Source: Gemmatimonadota bacterium
GTDB taxonomy: Bacteria; Gemmatimonadota; Gemmatimonadetes; Gemmatimonadales; Gemmatimonadaceae
Direction of reading: 5' to 3'
Assembly (NCBI GenBank): GCA_031372565.1
Contig: JANMLN010000165.1
Span: 1 to 64,000 of the forward strand
Length of the DNA stretch: 64,000 nucleotides
The number at the start of each line of letters is the position of its first letter. Position 1 is the first letter of the stretch. A program made the translations under genes and the position numbers. Positions 56,182 through 64,000 of the stretch are shown piece by piece. The notes below the pieces were generated by a model that was given only the letters and a program-made list of their open reading frames with translations, did not search any database and was not told the DNA's origin.

Positions 56182-59100
56182 TCAGGGTTCGTCGCCCTCG
56201 TCGATGTCGTCGACACCGAACGTGGGCAGTGCGCCCGTGATGTCGCCGATGCGCTCCACGCGCAGGATGTGCGTCTGCACTTCGCTGCCGAGCTTGAAGA
56301 CGATCTTGTAGTCGCCCGCCTTGACCATGGGCGAGAAGCCGCGACGCCCGCCACCGAGCAGGCCGCCGAAGCCGCCGCCGCCGAGCGAACGCAGCGCGTC
56401 CTGCAACGGGCCGAGCGCCTCGAACATCGCGTTCGGGCCACCGCCGCCTTCGCCTTGCGCGCCTTCACCCGCGGCGGCGGCGCCGCCGGGAGCACCACCA
56501 GGGAAGCCGCCCGCACGCGGTACCGGACCTTCGCCCGGCCGAGCGTTACCAGCGCCACCGCCAGGGCCGCCAGGACCGCCGCGACCACCACCACCACCAC
56601 CGCCGCCGCCGCCGCCACCACCACCCATCGCAGCCATCATCTGCTCCATGGCCGCCGGGTTGAGCAGCATCGTGCGAGCGCGGTCAACCATCGCCTTGTC
56701 CATCGTCCCGGCCTTCTCGACCGAGTCGAGGATGGCGACCAGCTTGCGCTGGCGCATGACCGAGTCGCGCACACCAGCGGGCGAGAGCGGCTTCGGTGTC
56801 GCCGCCTTGCCACGGAAGTCCCACGTCACCTTGTGGAGCCCCGTCGCGCCCGGGCCCGGCAGCGTGCGGATCGTGTCGCCGCTCGCATCCACGATCTTGA
56901 TGCTGGCGCGCGTCGACGACACGCCATCGGTCACGCGATACCAGAGATCGGCGCCGTAGCCGCCACCGTTCGCCTGGAACAGCTTGTGGCCTTCGCCACC
57001 GCCACCACCACCCATCTGCGTGCCGATCAGCGACTGCCCGTACTGGAAGGCCGTCGCCGGCGCGAAGAAGTGCACCTTCGCGTCCGCCACCTGCCGGGTC
57101 AGCTGCTCGAGCGGCGCAATGTCGGCGATCCAGATCGCGCGGCCGTGCGTGCCCGCGATGATCTCATGATCGCGCGGATGAATGCGAAGGTCGTTGACCG
57201 GCACGCTGGGCAGCCCGGACATGAAGCGCTGCCAGCTGAGGCCACGATCGATCGACACATACACGCCGATGTCCGTGCCCACGAACAGCAGGTCGCGGTT
57301 GTGCATGTCTTCGCGGATCACGTACACGAAGTCCGGCCCGCCCGTGGGCAGGTTGTTCGCGATCGACCGGAACGTCTTGCCCCAGTCGTTCGACACGTAC
57401 ACGTACGGCATGAAATCACCGTTGCGGTGATTGTCGAACGTGACGTACACCGTGGCCGAGTCGTGCGCGGACGGCTCGATGCGGCTCACGTACGTGTTCT
57501 TCGGCACGCCCGGGAAGCGATTGCTCACCTCCTCCCAGCTGCCGCCATCCGACTTGGTGTACCAGACGCGGCCATCGTCCGTCCCTGCCCAGAGAATCCC
57601 GGGACGCATCGGCGACTCGGCCAGCGACACGATCGTGCTGTAGGTCTCCGCGCCGGTCACGTCCGGCGTGATGCCGCCCGTGGTCTTGGTGGACACGCGG
57701 ATGCGCATCGTGTCGCGCGTCGTGAGGTCGGGCGAGATCGGGTACAGGTTGTCGCCGCGCTGCGTGCTCTTGAGCACGCGGTTGGCGCCGACATAGAGCA
57801 CCGTCGCCGCGTGCGGCGAGATGAAGTACGGCGTGTTCCAGTTGAAGCGGAGGTCGAGATCGATCGAGTCCTGCTTCTGGCGCGCGCGCAGTTCGGCGGT
57901 GCGCCGCTTCGAGGCCGACGACTCCGGCTGCGCCGTGTCGCCACGCTCGACGATGATCGAGTCTTCCATCTCCATGTAGCGGCCGCGATACGACGGCTTC
58001 ACCAGCGAGGTGCGCTCACCCGTCGCGTAGTTCACGCGCGCGATGTTGCCGCCCTGCGAGGTCGCGTACATGATGTTCGGGTCGGTCGGGTCCTGCGCCG
58101 TGCCGAAGCCATCGCCGCCACCGATGTTGTACCAGAACATGTTGGTGATGCCGCCGCGACGTCGCGACGTGGCACACCACGAGCCGTTGTCCTGCAGGCC
58201 GCCGCAGACGCGGTAGGGGATCTGCATGTCGAACGACACGTTGTAGAACTGACCGATGGCGAAGGTGTTGATCAGGTCGTACGTGCCGCCCCGATCCCAC
58301 GTCTGCCCGATGCCACCGTCGTTGCCGACGATGAAGTGCTCGGGATCATTCGGGTCGATCCACATCGCGTGATGGTCGACGTGAATGCCCTGGGTGGCGT
58401 TGCGCGCCGTCTTGCCGCCGTCATCGGAGAACTTGACCGGCGTGCTCGACCAATAGACGCGATCCGGATTCTTCGTGTCGACGCGGACCTGGCTGTAGTA
58501 GAAGGGGCGCACGTTCTCGCCGTTGGTCTTCTCCCACGTCTTGCCGCCATCCTGCGAGCGATAGAGCCCGCTCGGACGGGTCTGCGGCTTCTGCCCCTTG
58601 GTCGCGTTCGGCAGCGTGTCCGCCTCGACCATGGTGTACATCACGTCGGGCTTCGACAGCGAGATGGCGATGTTGATGCGCCCCTTCATCTGCGTCGGGA
58701 AGCCGTTCCCCTCCACCTTGGTCCAGGTGGCGCCCGCATCGGAGCTCTTCCAGAGCGCCGAGCCCGGGCCGCCGGACTGGAGGAAGTAGGGGCCGCGCTG
58801 CCGCTCGTAGCTCGAAGCCCAGATCACGTTCGGGTCGCGCGGATCGAGCGCGACGTCGATGAACCCGGCCTTGTCGCTCACGAACTTGACGAGCTGCCAG
58901 GTGGTGCCGCCGTCGATGGACTTGTAGAGCCCGCGCTCCTTGTTCGAGCGCCATGCCGCGCCCAGCGCCGCCACGTACACCGTGTTCGGATCCTTGGGGT
59001 GCACGACGATGCGGCCCACATGCTCGGTTTCCTTGAGGCCGATGAACTTCCACGACTTGCCGCCGTCAACCGACTTGTAGATGCCGCCGCCGGGGCTGAT

Positions 59101-59448
59101 CGAGTTGCGCGAGTTCGGCTCGCCCGTGCCAAGATACAGCACGTTGGTGTCGCTCGGCGCAATCGCGAGATCGCCCAGCGAGATCACGCGCTCGTTGTCG
59201 AAGATCGGCGTGAACGTGGTGCCGGCATTGGTGGTCTTCCACAGACCGCCCGCAGCCGCTGCGACGTAGAAGGTCTTCGAGGGCGAGGGGATGCCCTCGA
59301 TGTCGGCGATACGGCCGCTCATGTTGGCGGGGCCGACGTTGCGCCAACGGAGGGCGCTGACAGTCGTGGAATCGAGCGAACGTTGCTGGGCCACAAGCGG
59401 GAGTGCCGCTGCGGACATCAGCAATGCGCCCAGAACGGGACGACGCAT
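56182..59448 (-). CDS. VPS10/sortilin-like BNR-repeat protein (glycosyl hydrolase-like)
   Basis: WRNVGPANMSGRI, many S.DGG.(S/T)W Asp-boxes, HVDHHA.WIDP, GGLQDNG, GTHGR; signal peptide from ATG 59448. Confidence 0.9.
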   Translation of the reverse strand: MRRPVLGALLMSAAALPLVAQQRSLDSTTVSALRWRNVGPANMSGRIADIEGIPSPSKTFYVAAAAGGLWKTTNAGTTFTPIFDNERVISLGDLAIAPSDTNVLYLGTGEPNSRNSISPGGGIYKSVDGGKSWKFIGLKETEHVGRIVVHPKDPNTVYVAALGAAWRSNKERGLYKSIDGGTTWQLVKFVSDKAGFIDVALDPRDPNVIWASSYERQRGPYFLQSGGPGSALWKSSDAGATWTKVEGNGFPTQMKGRINIAISLSKPDVMYTMVEADTLPNATKGQKPQTRPSGLYRSQDGGKTWEKTNGENVRPFYYSQVRVDTKNPDRVYWSSTPVKFSDDGGKTARNATQGIHVDHHAMWIDPNDPEHFIVGNDGGIGQTWDRGGTYDLINTFAIGQFYNVSFDMQIPYRVCGGLQDNGSWCATSRRRGGITNMFWYNIGGGDGFGTAQDPTDPNIMYATSQGGNIARVNYATGERTSLVKPSYRGRYMEMEDSIIVERGDTAQPESSASKRRTAELRARQKQDSIDLDLRFNWNTPYFISPHAATVLYVGANRVLKSTQRGDNLYPISPDLTTRDTMRIRVSTKTTGGITPDVTGAETYSTIVSLAESPMRPGILWAGTDDGRVWYTKSDGGSWEEVSNRFPGVPKNTYVSRIEPSAHDSATVYVTFDNHRNGDFMPYVYVSNDWGKTFRSIANNLPTGGPDFVYVIREDMHNRDLLFVGTDIGVYVSIDRGLSWQRFMSGLPSVPVNDLRIHPRDHEIIAGTHGRAIWIADIAPLEQLTRQVADAKVHFFAPATAFQYGQSLIGTQMGGGGGGEGHKLFQANGGGYGADLWYRVTDGVSSTRASIKIVDASGDTIRTLPGPGATGLHKVTWDFRGKAATPKPLSPAGVRDSVMRQRKLVAILDSVEKAGTMDKAMVDRARTMLLNPAAMEQMMAAMGGGGGGGGGGGGGGRGGPGGPGGGAGNARPGEGPVPRAGGFPGGAPGGAAAAGEGAQGEGGGGPNAMFEALGPLQDALRSLGGGGFGGLLGGGRRGFSPMVKAGDYKIVFKLGSEVQTHILRVERIGDITGALPTFGVDDIDEGDEP

Positions 59449-59577
59449 GACAGAGTGGGTCGGGGGGGAGTCGCGGCCACGTCGTTGTGGCGCGGGAGCA
59501 TAATGGTACGCTTTCGGGGCATTAACTGTTGGACGGTACGGAACCGCGGCACCCCGTCTTGGCGTAGAATGACCACC

Positions 59578-61932
59578 ATGCACGCCGCCCCATTTCAGCT
59601 TCCGGCCCGCAGCCGACGGATCGCTCTCGCGCTGGCGACCGTCGGGCTCTTCGTTCCGGTGGGAGCCAAGACCCAGCAGCCCGTTGCGGCTCCTGCCCCG
59701 GCCACCCCCGCTCCGCCCAGCGCGCCCGTCCTCGCCCCGGGCGATACCGGCCGAACCGGCCGTCGAGTGGCGGTCACCGCATCGATGGAACGCTCGGCCT
59801 TCCGCGACACCGCCGCGCGTGGTCTCCTGCTCCGTGCTCGGGCGGCTCGGCTCGCCGTCGATAGCGCCCTGATCTCATACTCTGCCAAGTCCTACCAGCG
59901 CGCAACAGTCAGCCTGGGCTTTCGTGAATTGGGTGCCGAGAAAACCCTTTACCGGCGTGAAATCAGCGGACTTGTGGAATGGGGGCGCTCAACTGGCGCG
60001 AAAGTGACGGTAACTGGTGAACGGCAGGCGAGCCCGCTTGCCCCCGGAAACGTGCGCTCAAACGGAGGGGTCCCCTTCCCGTATTTTCCCGGTAGCGAGC
60101 AGCTCTGGATCGGTGGGTCGTCGGTCGTGCGCGAGGAGGTCGACGAGACGCGTGTCGTGCACCCGATCGCCCGCGGGAGCGAGGCCTACTATACCTATGC
60201 CATCGGCGACTCGGTCCTGATGTCGCTCCCAGGCGGACGCACGCTCACCCTGCGCGAGCTTCGGGTGACCCCGCGAGAGCCCAAGTACAACGTCTTCGTG
60301 GGCTCCTTCTGGTTCGACGAGGGCTCGGCGCAGTTGGTCCGCGCCACCTACCGACTGGCCGCGGAGGCCGATCTCACCTCGCGTCTCAACCGGTCCGTGC
60401 AGGAGGGGACGTCGAATGTGCCGTGGATCGTGCGACAGGTTGCGTTCCCGGTGCGGGCCGAGCTCTCGATGATCTCGATCGAGTCGTCGCTGTTCGAGGG
60501 GCGGTTCTGGCTGCCGCGTCGGCACGTGGCGAGCGGGACGATCCGGCTCAATGTCGGCCGGCTACCACTCTCGATCGAGGAGAAGTTCAGCTACGAGGCG
60601 GTGAACGGCGACGCACCACCGGCGCCCCCCTCCAACGTGGCGGCCGGCATCCGCTGGGATACGCTCAACCGGGTGCCGCTGAAGCAGCGCCGTGAGGTGG
60701 TGCAGCAGTGGCTCAAGGCGTCGGATGCACGCCGGAAGGTGGAGTGCGCCGCCGGCCCGACCTGGTCGCAGCTGCAGGAGCGGTTCGGAGGGCGCGTGAC
60801 AACGCTGGTCGAAGTCCCCTGCGACACGGCGGCGTTGGCGCGCTCGAGCGACCTGCCGGAGAAGATGTTCGATCCAGCGGACGAACTCGGGGCGACGATC
60901 GCCGATGGCGAACGCGGGCTCGACCTGTCGCGGCAAGCCGAGTTCCGGCCACAACTCCCGACCTGGACGGCTGGGCTCGCCGACGGGATGCTGCGCTACA
61001 ACCGCGTCGAGGGCTTCTCGGCGGGAGTGCGCGCGCGCCAGGAGTTGGGTGCGGGGCTCGTGCTCGATGGCCTCGCACGCTTCGGCTTCGGCGACCGCTG
61101 GGTGAACGGCGAGGCCGGGCTGGCGCGCACCAATGGGACGACGTCGTGGCGCCTGGCCGCATACGCAAAGACGGTGAGCGTCAACGACTGGGGATCGCCC
61201 TTCGGCTTTCCGGAATCGGTGCTGTCTGCGCTCTTTGCGCGTGACGAGGGGTTCTATGCACGCACGTGGGGAGGCGAACTCACTCGGCGGGTCGGCAGCA
61301 GCCTCCTGCGCGTGTTCGCGGAAGGGCAGGGCAACGCGCCGGTGACCACGCGTTGGAGTGCGCGCTCGTTCGCCAACGACCTGGCCTTCATTCCGAACGT
61401 GCTCGCGCGTGAGGGTACGTGGGCGGGGCTGGAATGGCGCGATCGTTGGCGGGCCGGATTGGACCCGACAGGCACACTCTGGACGCTCGATGTGCGCGCT
61501 GAGGGCGCGAGCGGGACAACCTCCTATGGCCGCGTGGTGCTCGACGGGCTGGTGGCCGGGCGTGCCGGTCCGTTGTCCGCCACCTTCGCACTCGCGGGGG
61601 GAAGCTCGCTGGGCGACGTCCCTGCGCAACGCGCCTGGTTCTTGGGGGGCTCGCGCACGGTGCGCGGGCAAGTTGCGGGCACGATGGCCGGCAACACCTT
61701 CTGGCTGGCGAGGGCCGAGGCGGGTCCGCGCTGGCCGATCGCGCGGCCCGTGCTGTTCTATGATGCGGGCTGGGCGGGCTCGCGCGATGGTGCGCCCCTG
61801 GGCGCCCGCCCCATGAGCGGGGCCGGGATCGGTGTAACGGCGCTGGACGGTTTTGTCCGACTGGACGTCGCGCGCGGTATCTGGCCGCGCAGCGGGTTCC
61901 GCGTGGACTTCAGCTACGACGCGCGGTTCTGA
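59578..61932 (+). CDS. Uncharacterised outer-membrane protein, paralog of 26442-28778
   Basis: Signal peptide, HPI...YY.Y..GDS, FWLP, RYNRVEG, LGG..TVRG, terminal YDARF; start ATG 59578 or 59569. Confidence 0.7.
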   Translation: MHAAPFQLPARSRRIALALATVGLFVPVGAKTQQPVAAPAPATPAPPSAPVLAPGDTGRTGRRVAVTASMERSAFRDTAARGLLLRARAARLAVDSALISYSAKSYQRATVSLGFRELGAEKTLYRREISGLVEWGRSTGAKVTVTGERQASPLAPGNVRSNGGVPFPYFPGSEQLWIGGSSVVREEVDETRVVHPIARGSEAYYTYAIGDSVLMSLPGGRTLTLRELRVTPREPKYNVFVGSFWFDEGSAQLVRATYRLAAEADLTSRLNRSVQEGTSNVPWIVRQVAFPVRAELSMISIESSLFEGRFWLPRRHVASGTIRLNVGRLPLSIEEKFSYEAVNGDAPPAPPSNVAAGIRWDTLNRVPLKQRREVVQQWLKASDARRKVECAAGPTWSQLQERFGGRVTTLVEVPCDTAALARSSDLPEKMFDPADELGATIADGERGLDLSRQAEFRPQLPTWTAGLADGMLRYNRVEGFSAGVRARQELGAGLVLDGLARFGFGDRWVNGEAGLARTNGTTSWRLAAYAKTVSVNDWGSPFGFPESVLSALFARDEGFYARTWGGELTRRVGSSLLRVFAEGQGNAPVTTRWSARSFANDLAFIPNVLAREGTWAGLEWRDRWRAGLDPTGTLWTLDVRAEGASGTTSYGRVVLDGLVAGRAGPLSATFALAGGSSLGDVPAQRAWFLGGSRTVRGQVAGTMAGNTFWLARAEAGPRWPIARPVLFYDAGWAGSRDGAPLGARPMSGAGIGVTALDGFVRLDVARGIWPRSGFRVDFSYDARF

Positions 61933-61954
61933 GCGCGAACCCGACGCGAGTCGG

Positions 61955-62347
61955 CTACGTGCGGCGTGGCTGCGACGGGGTGGTGACGAGCTTTCGCCAC
62001 TGCCGGAACGAGAGGACGAGGTACAGCGCGAACCCGGCGCCAAGAAAGACCATGGTGCCAGCGAATCCAGAGAGCGCCACGGCCGACGCAACGCTGCCTG
62101 CACCAAGCACGCGCAGCATCGCGCCTCGATCGGAGATCGTCTGCCGGAAGCTGCGGCCTCGGCGACCCGACTCCGCGACGAAGACGATGGCAAAGATCAG
62201 CGCGCCCTTTGGAATCGGTCCAGAGATGTCGGCGCCAATCAGCAGGGCGAGCACGAGTACCAGCACCATCCACGCCGGCACCACCGGTGCGGCGCTCGCT
62301 GTCGATGGCGTAGAAGAGGTGTCCGAGTCGTCGATAGTGGGTGGCAT
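61955..62347 (-). CDS. Small multi-TM membrane protein
   Basis: About four hydrophobic segments in 130 aa. Confidence 0.6.
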   Translation of the reverse strand: MPPTIDDSDTSSTPSTASAAPVVPAWMVLVLVLALLIGADISGPIPKGALIFAIVFVAESGRRGRSFRQTISDRGAMLRVLGAGSVASAVALSGFAGTMVFLGAGFALYLVLSFRQWRKLVTTPSQPRRT

Positions 62348-62501
62348 GGCGGAGTTCCGGTTGAACGGTGTGTACGGCCGACGACGGCGACTGCATGCAG
62401 ACTGCTGCGGGAAAGGGCGCGTGCGCCAGTGCTCCCTTCCCGCAACAGATGCTTCTCTATCGTCACCTGAGCGTCAGTTGATTCAATGACGCAGGGAAAC
62501 G

Positions 62502-63770
62502 CTACTCCGCAGCCCTTCGTCCGCCGATCAGATCATCGATCTCCCCGCGCCGCTGAGGATTGCAGGCGAAGCCGCACGCATCATTGACGAGGCCGACGCT
62601 GTTCGGGTCGCCGCCACCGTCGGCCCGGGTTTGCTTGCGCTGACACTCTCGGACCTCGTCCTGACGGCGGATCCGGCAGTCGGCCAGTTCGGCCACGGTG
62701 TACACCACGAGGGATGCAGCAACAAACGCCGCCCAATCCCACGACGCCAAGATCAGCAGTCGAGTTGCGACACCCTGAAGCAGGGTTCCGACGGCCACCT
62801 CACCTCCGGTCGACAGGGCGGCCGCGATGTCAACCATCCCGACTCCGACGACGGCGCTCTTGGCCCAATCCCACAGCGTGGTCAACGGCATGCCGACGCG
62901 ATTGAGCGCGTAGGACAGACACGGCGAATCCGTGCCAGCAAACCGGTTCTGGTACTGCGTGCAGTCAACCTTCGGGGTGACGTCCTGCGCACGCAGCGCT
63001 CCCGGCAGTACGAGCCGTTTGGCCAGCGACGCAAACTGGATGGACTCGATGCGAGTCACAACCGATGCCAGCGCGTCGTCGTCATGCGTGCCGGCGTCGG
63101 CGCGCATGCCGGACACGCGCACCGTCGTGCGTGCCATCGCTCCGTTCGCGCCGAGCGCGACGGCTCGCGTGCTCGCGGGACGCCAGTGTCCACCGTCCCG
63201 CACCCAGTGCACAGACTGCAACGTGAGCAGCTGGCCGTTCTGCACGAGCAGGAAGTCGGTCAGTGGCCCTCGCTCGAGCTTCGAGACGCCGATGATCTGC
63301 AGGTCGCGTCCGAGGCTGTCCTTGATGGTGCTCTCGACGACGGACGCCTTGCCGAAGCGGGCCTGCGGTGCGTTGACATCGACCGCCAACGCCGGGAGCA
63401 GGTGGGTCGCGATCCCGCTGAGCAGACGCGCGGCGCCGTCGTCGGTCGGCTCGCCTGGGTCGGGGCGTACGGTCGGCGCACGTCCCGTGCTGGTCCGCAG
63501 TTCGGTACTCAATCGCGCGACCCCCCGTTCCGCCGTCGCCTCGGCGGACCATTCCGCTCGTCGAACGACAACATCCGCTGTTGCGCCTGCCGGTCGAAAC
63601 GACGCTTCAACGGTCCCGTTGGCGCTGAACCGCTCACCATCGCGCACACGGTACGACGCCGGTCCGGACGCCGGCAGGTCGCCGCACGCGCCGAGTGTGA
63701 GGGTGACGGCCACGAGTGATCCGGCACGAAGCGCGATGGGGCGCGCTGCGATCCATGATGATGCCCGCAT
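62502..63770 (-). CDS. Hypothetical lipoprotein with Cys-containing hydrophobic C-terminal domain
   Basis: AAGGAGGT SD, lipobox LGAC, beta-rich middle, two long hydrophobic segments bracketed by Cys. Confidence 0.7.
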   Translation of the reverse strand: MRASSWIAARPIALRAGSLVAVTLTLGACGDLPASGPASYRVRDGERFSANGTVEASFRPAGATADVVVRRAEWSAEATAERGVARLSTELRTSTGRAPTVRPDPGEPTDDGAARLLSGIATHLLPALAVDVNAPQARFGKASVVESTIKDSLGRDLQIIGVSKLERGPLTDFLLVQNGQLLTLQSVHWVRDGGHWRPASTRAVALGANGAMARTTVRVSGMRADAGTHDDDALASVVTRIESIQFASLAKRLVLPGALRAQDVTPKVDCTQYQNRFAGTDSPCLSYALNRVGMPLTTLWDWAKSAVVGVGMVDIAAALSTGGEVAVGTLLQGVATRLLILASWDWAAFVAASLVVYTVAELADCRIRRQDEVRECQRKQTRADGGGDPNSVGLVNDACGFACNPQRRGEIDDLIGGRRAAE

Positions 63771-63808
63771 GGGGCACCTCCTTGCATGTAGGTCCGGTGG
63801 GGCGCACC

Positions 63809-63823
63809 GCGAGCGGCGTGCCC
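63809..63823 (-). promoter_or_regulatory. Candidate sigma-54 promoter
   Basis: GGGCACG-CCGC-TCGC (GG-N10-GC), the same variant as at 22507, about 27 nt upstream of the SD of the lipoprotein gene. Confidence 0.35.
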
Positions 63824-64000
63824 CGTGCCGGGCCTCCACGCTGGCCGCGCGTACGGAGGACCTCGGACAACTCGATGCTATGTCGGACGCGCGCGGAAGC
63901 GGTAACCCGCGCCTTGCAGGGGAGGTCCTTCTGTTGCGATCAGGGCGCGCGCAGGATGACCGCTTCTGCGTCGCGGTCGTAGCGCCAGTCGGGGGCGTTG

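Noticed and set aside
56062..59568. First 1169 codons of the 1956-aa plus-strand ORF
   Set aside because: Antisense shadow of the VPS10-like gene (Arg/His/Val-rich nonsense). The real plus-strand gene starts at about 59569-59578 with a signal peptide.
62402..62448. Imperfect hairpin between the lipoprotein and membrane-protein genes as ncRNA or riboswitch
   Set aside because: No recognisable family motif and no U tract; insufficient evidence.
63634..64000. Open minus-strand frame entering from the right edge (NAPDWRYDRDAEAVILRAL...)
   Set aside because: It may be the end of an upstream gene, but no domain is recognisable and it would overlap the lipoprotein start; it cannot be resolved within this window.

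Overview
High-GC (roughly 70% by eye), gene-dense bacterial chromosomal window. Gene content and protein style suggest Gemmatimonadota (inference, not verified). About 60 CDSs are supportable: an M16 peptidase pair, a cold-shock protein, an 8-gene SPFH/SpeD/DUF4178/DUF350/SpeE/flavin-oxidase operon, a CtpA protease, a MerR-SDR-Rep-like operon, several two-component genes (a sigma-54 activator, an HD-GYP regulator, two probable pseudo-kinases), an acidic/basic histone-H1-like protein, type I and type III glutamine synthetases, a TSP3-OmpA, an LPS/CDP-sugar cluster, a VPS10/BNR hydrolase and two paralogous outer-membrane proteins. There is one tRNA-Cys(GCA). I saw no integrase, transposase, prophage or CRISPR array. 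Top observations: (1) the tRNA-Cys gene and its promoter lie antisense inside an uninterrupted, coding-like frame of a PAS-kinase-like gene; (2) a membrane polyamine-type operon that includes an unannotated 61-aa peptide ending in Gly-Lys; (3) a plasmid-type Rep homolog embedded in a housekeeping-like operon; (4) a readable sigma-54 promoter with paired enhancer palindromes at about -109 and -141; (5) a recurring TANNNT motif 5-7 nt before ATG suggesting leaderless mRNAs; (6) REP-like repeats; (7) a candidate lipoprotein toxin/immunity pair. All product calls come from motif recognition by eye; no database searches were run, and many start codons are inferred.
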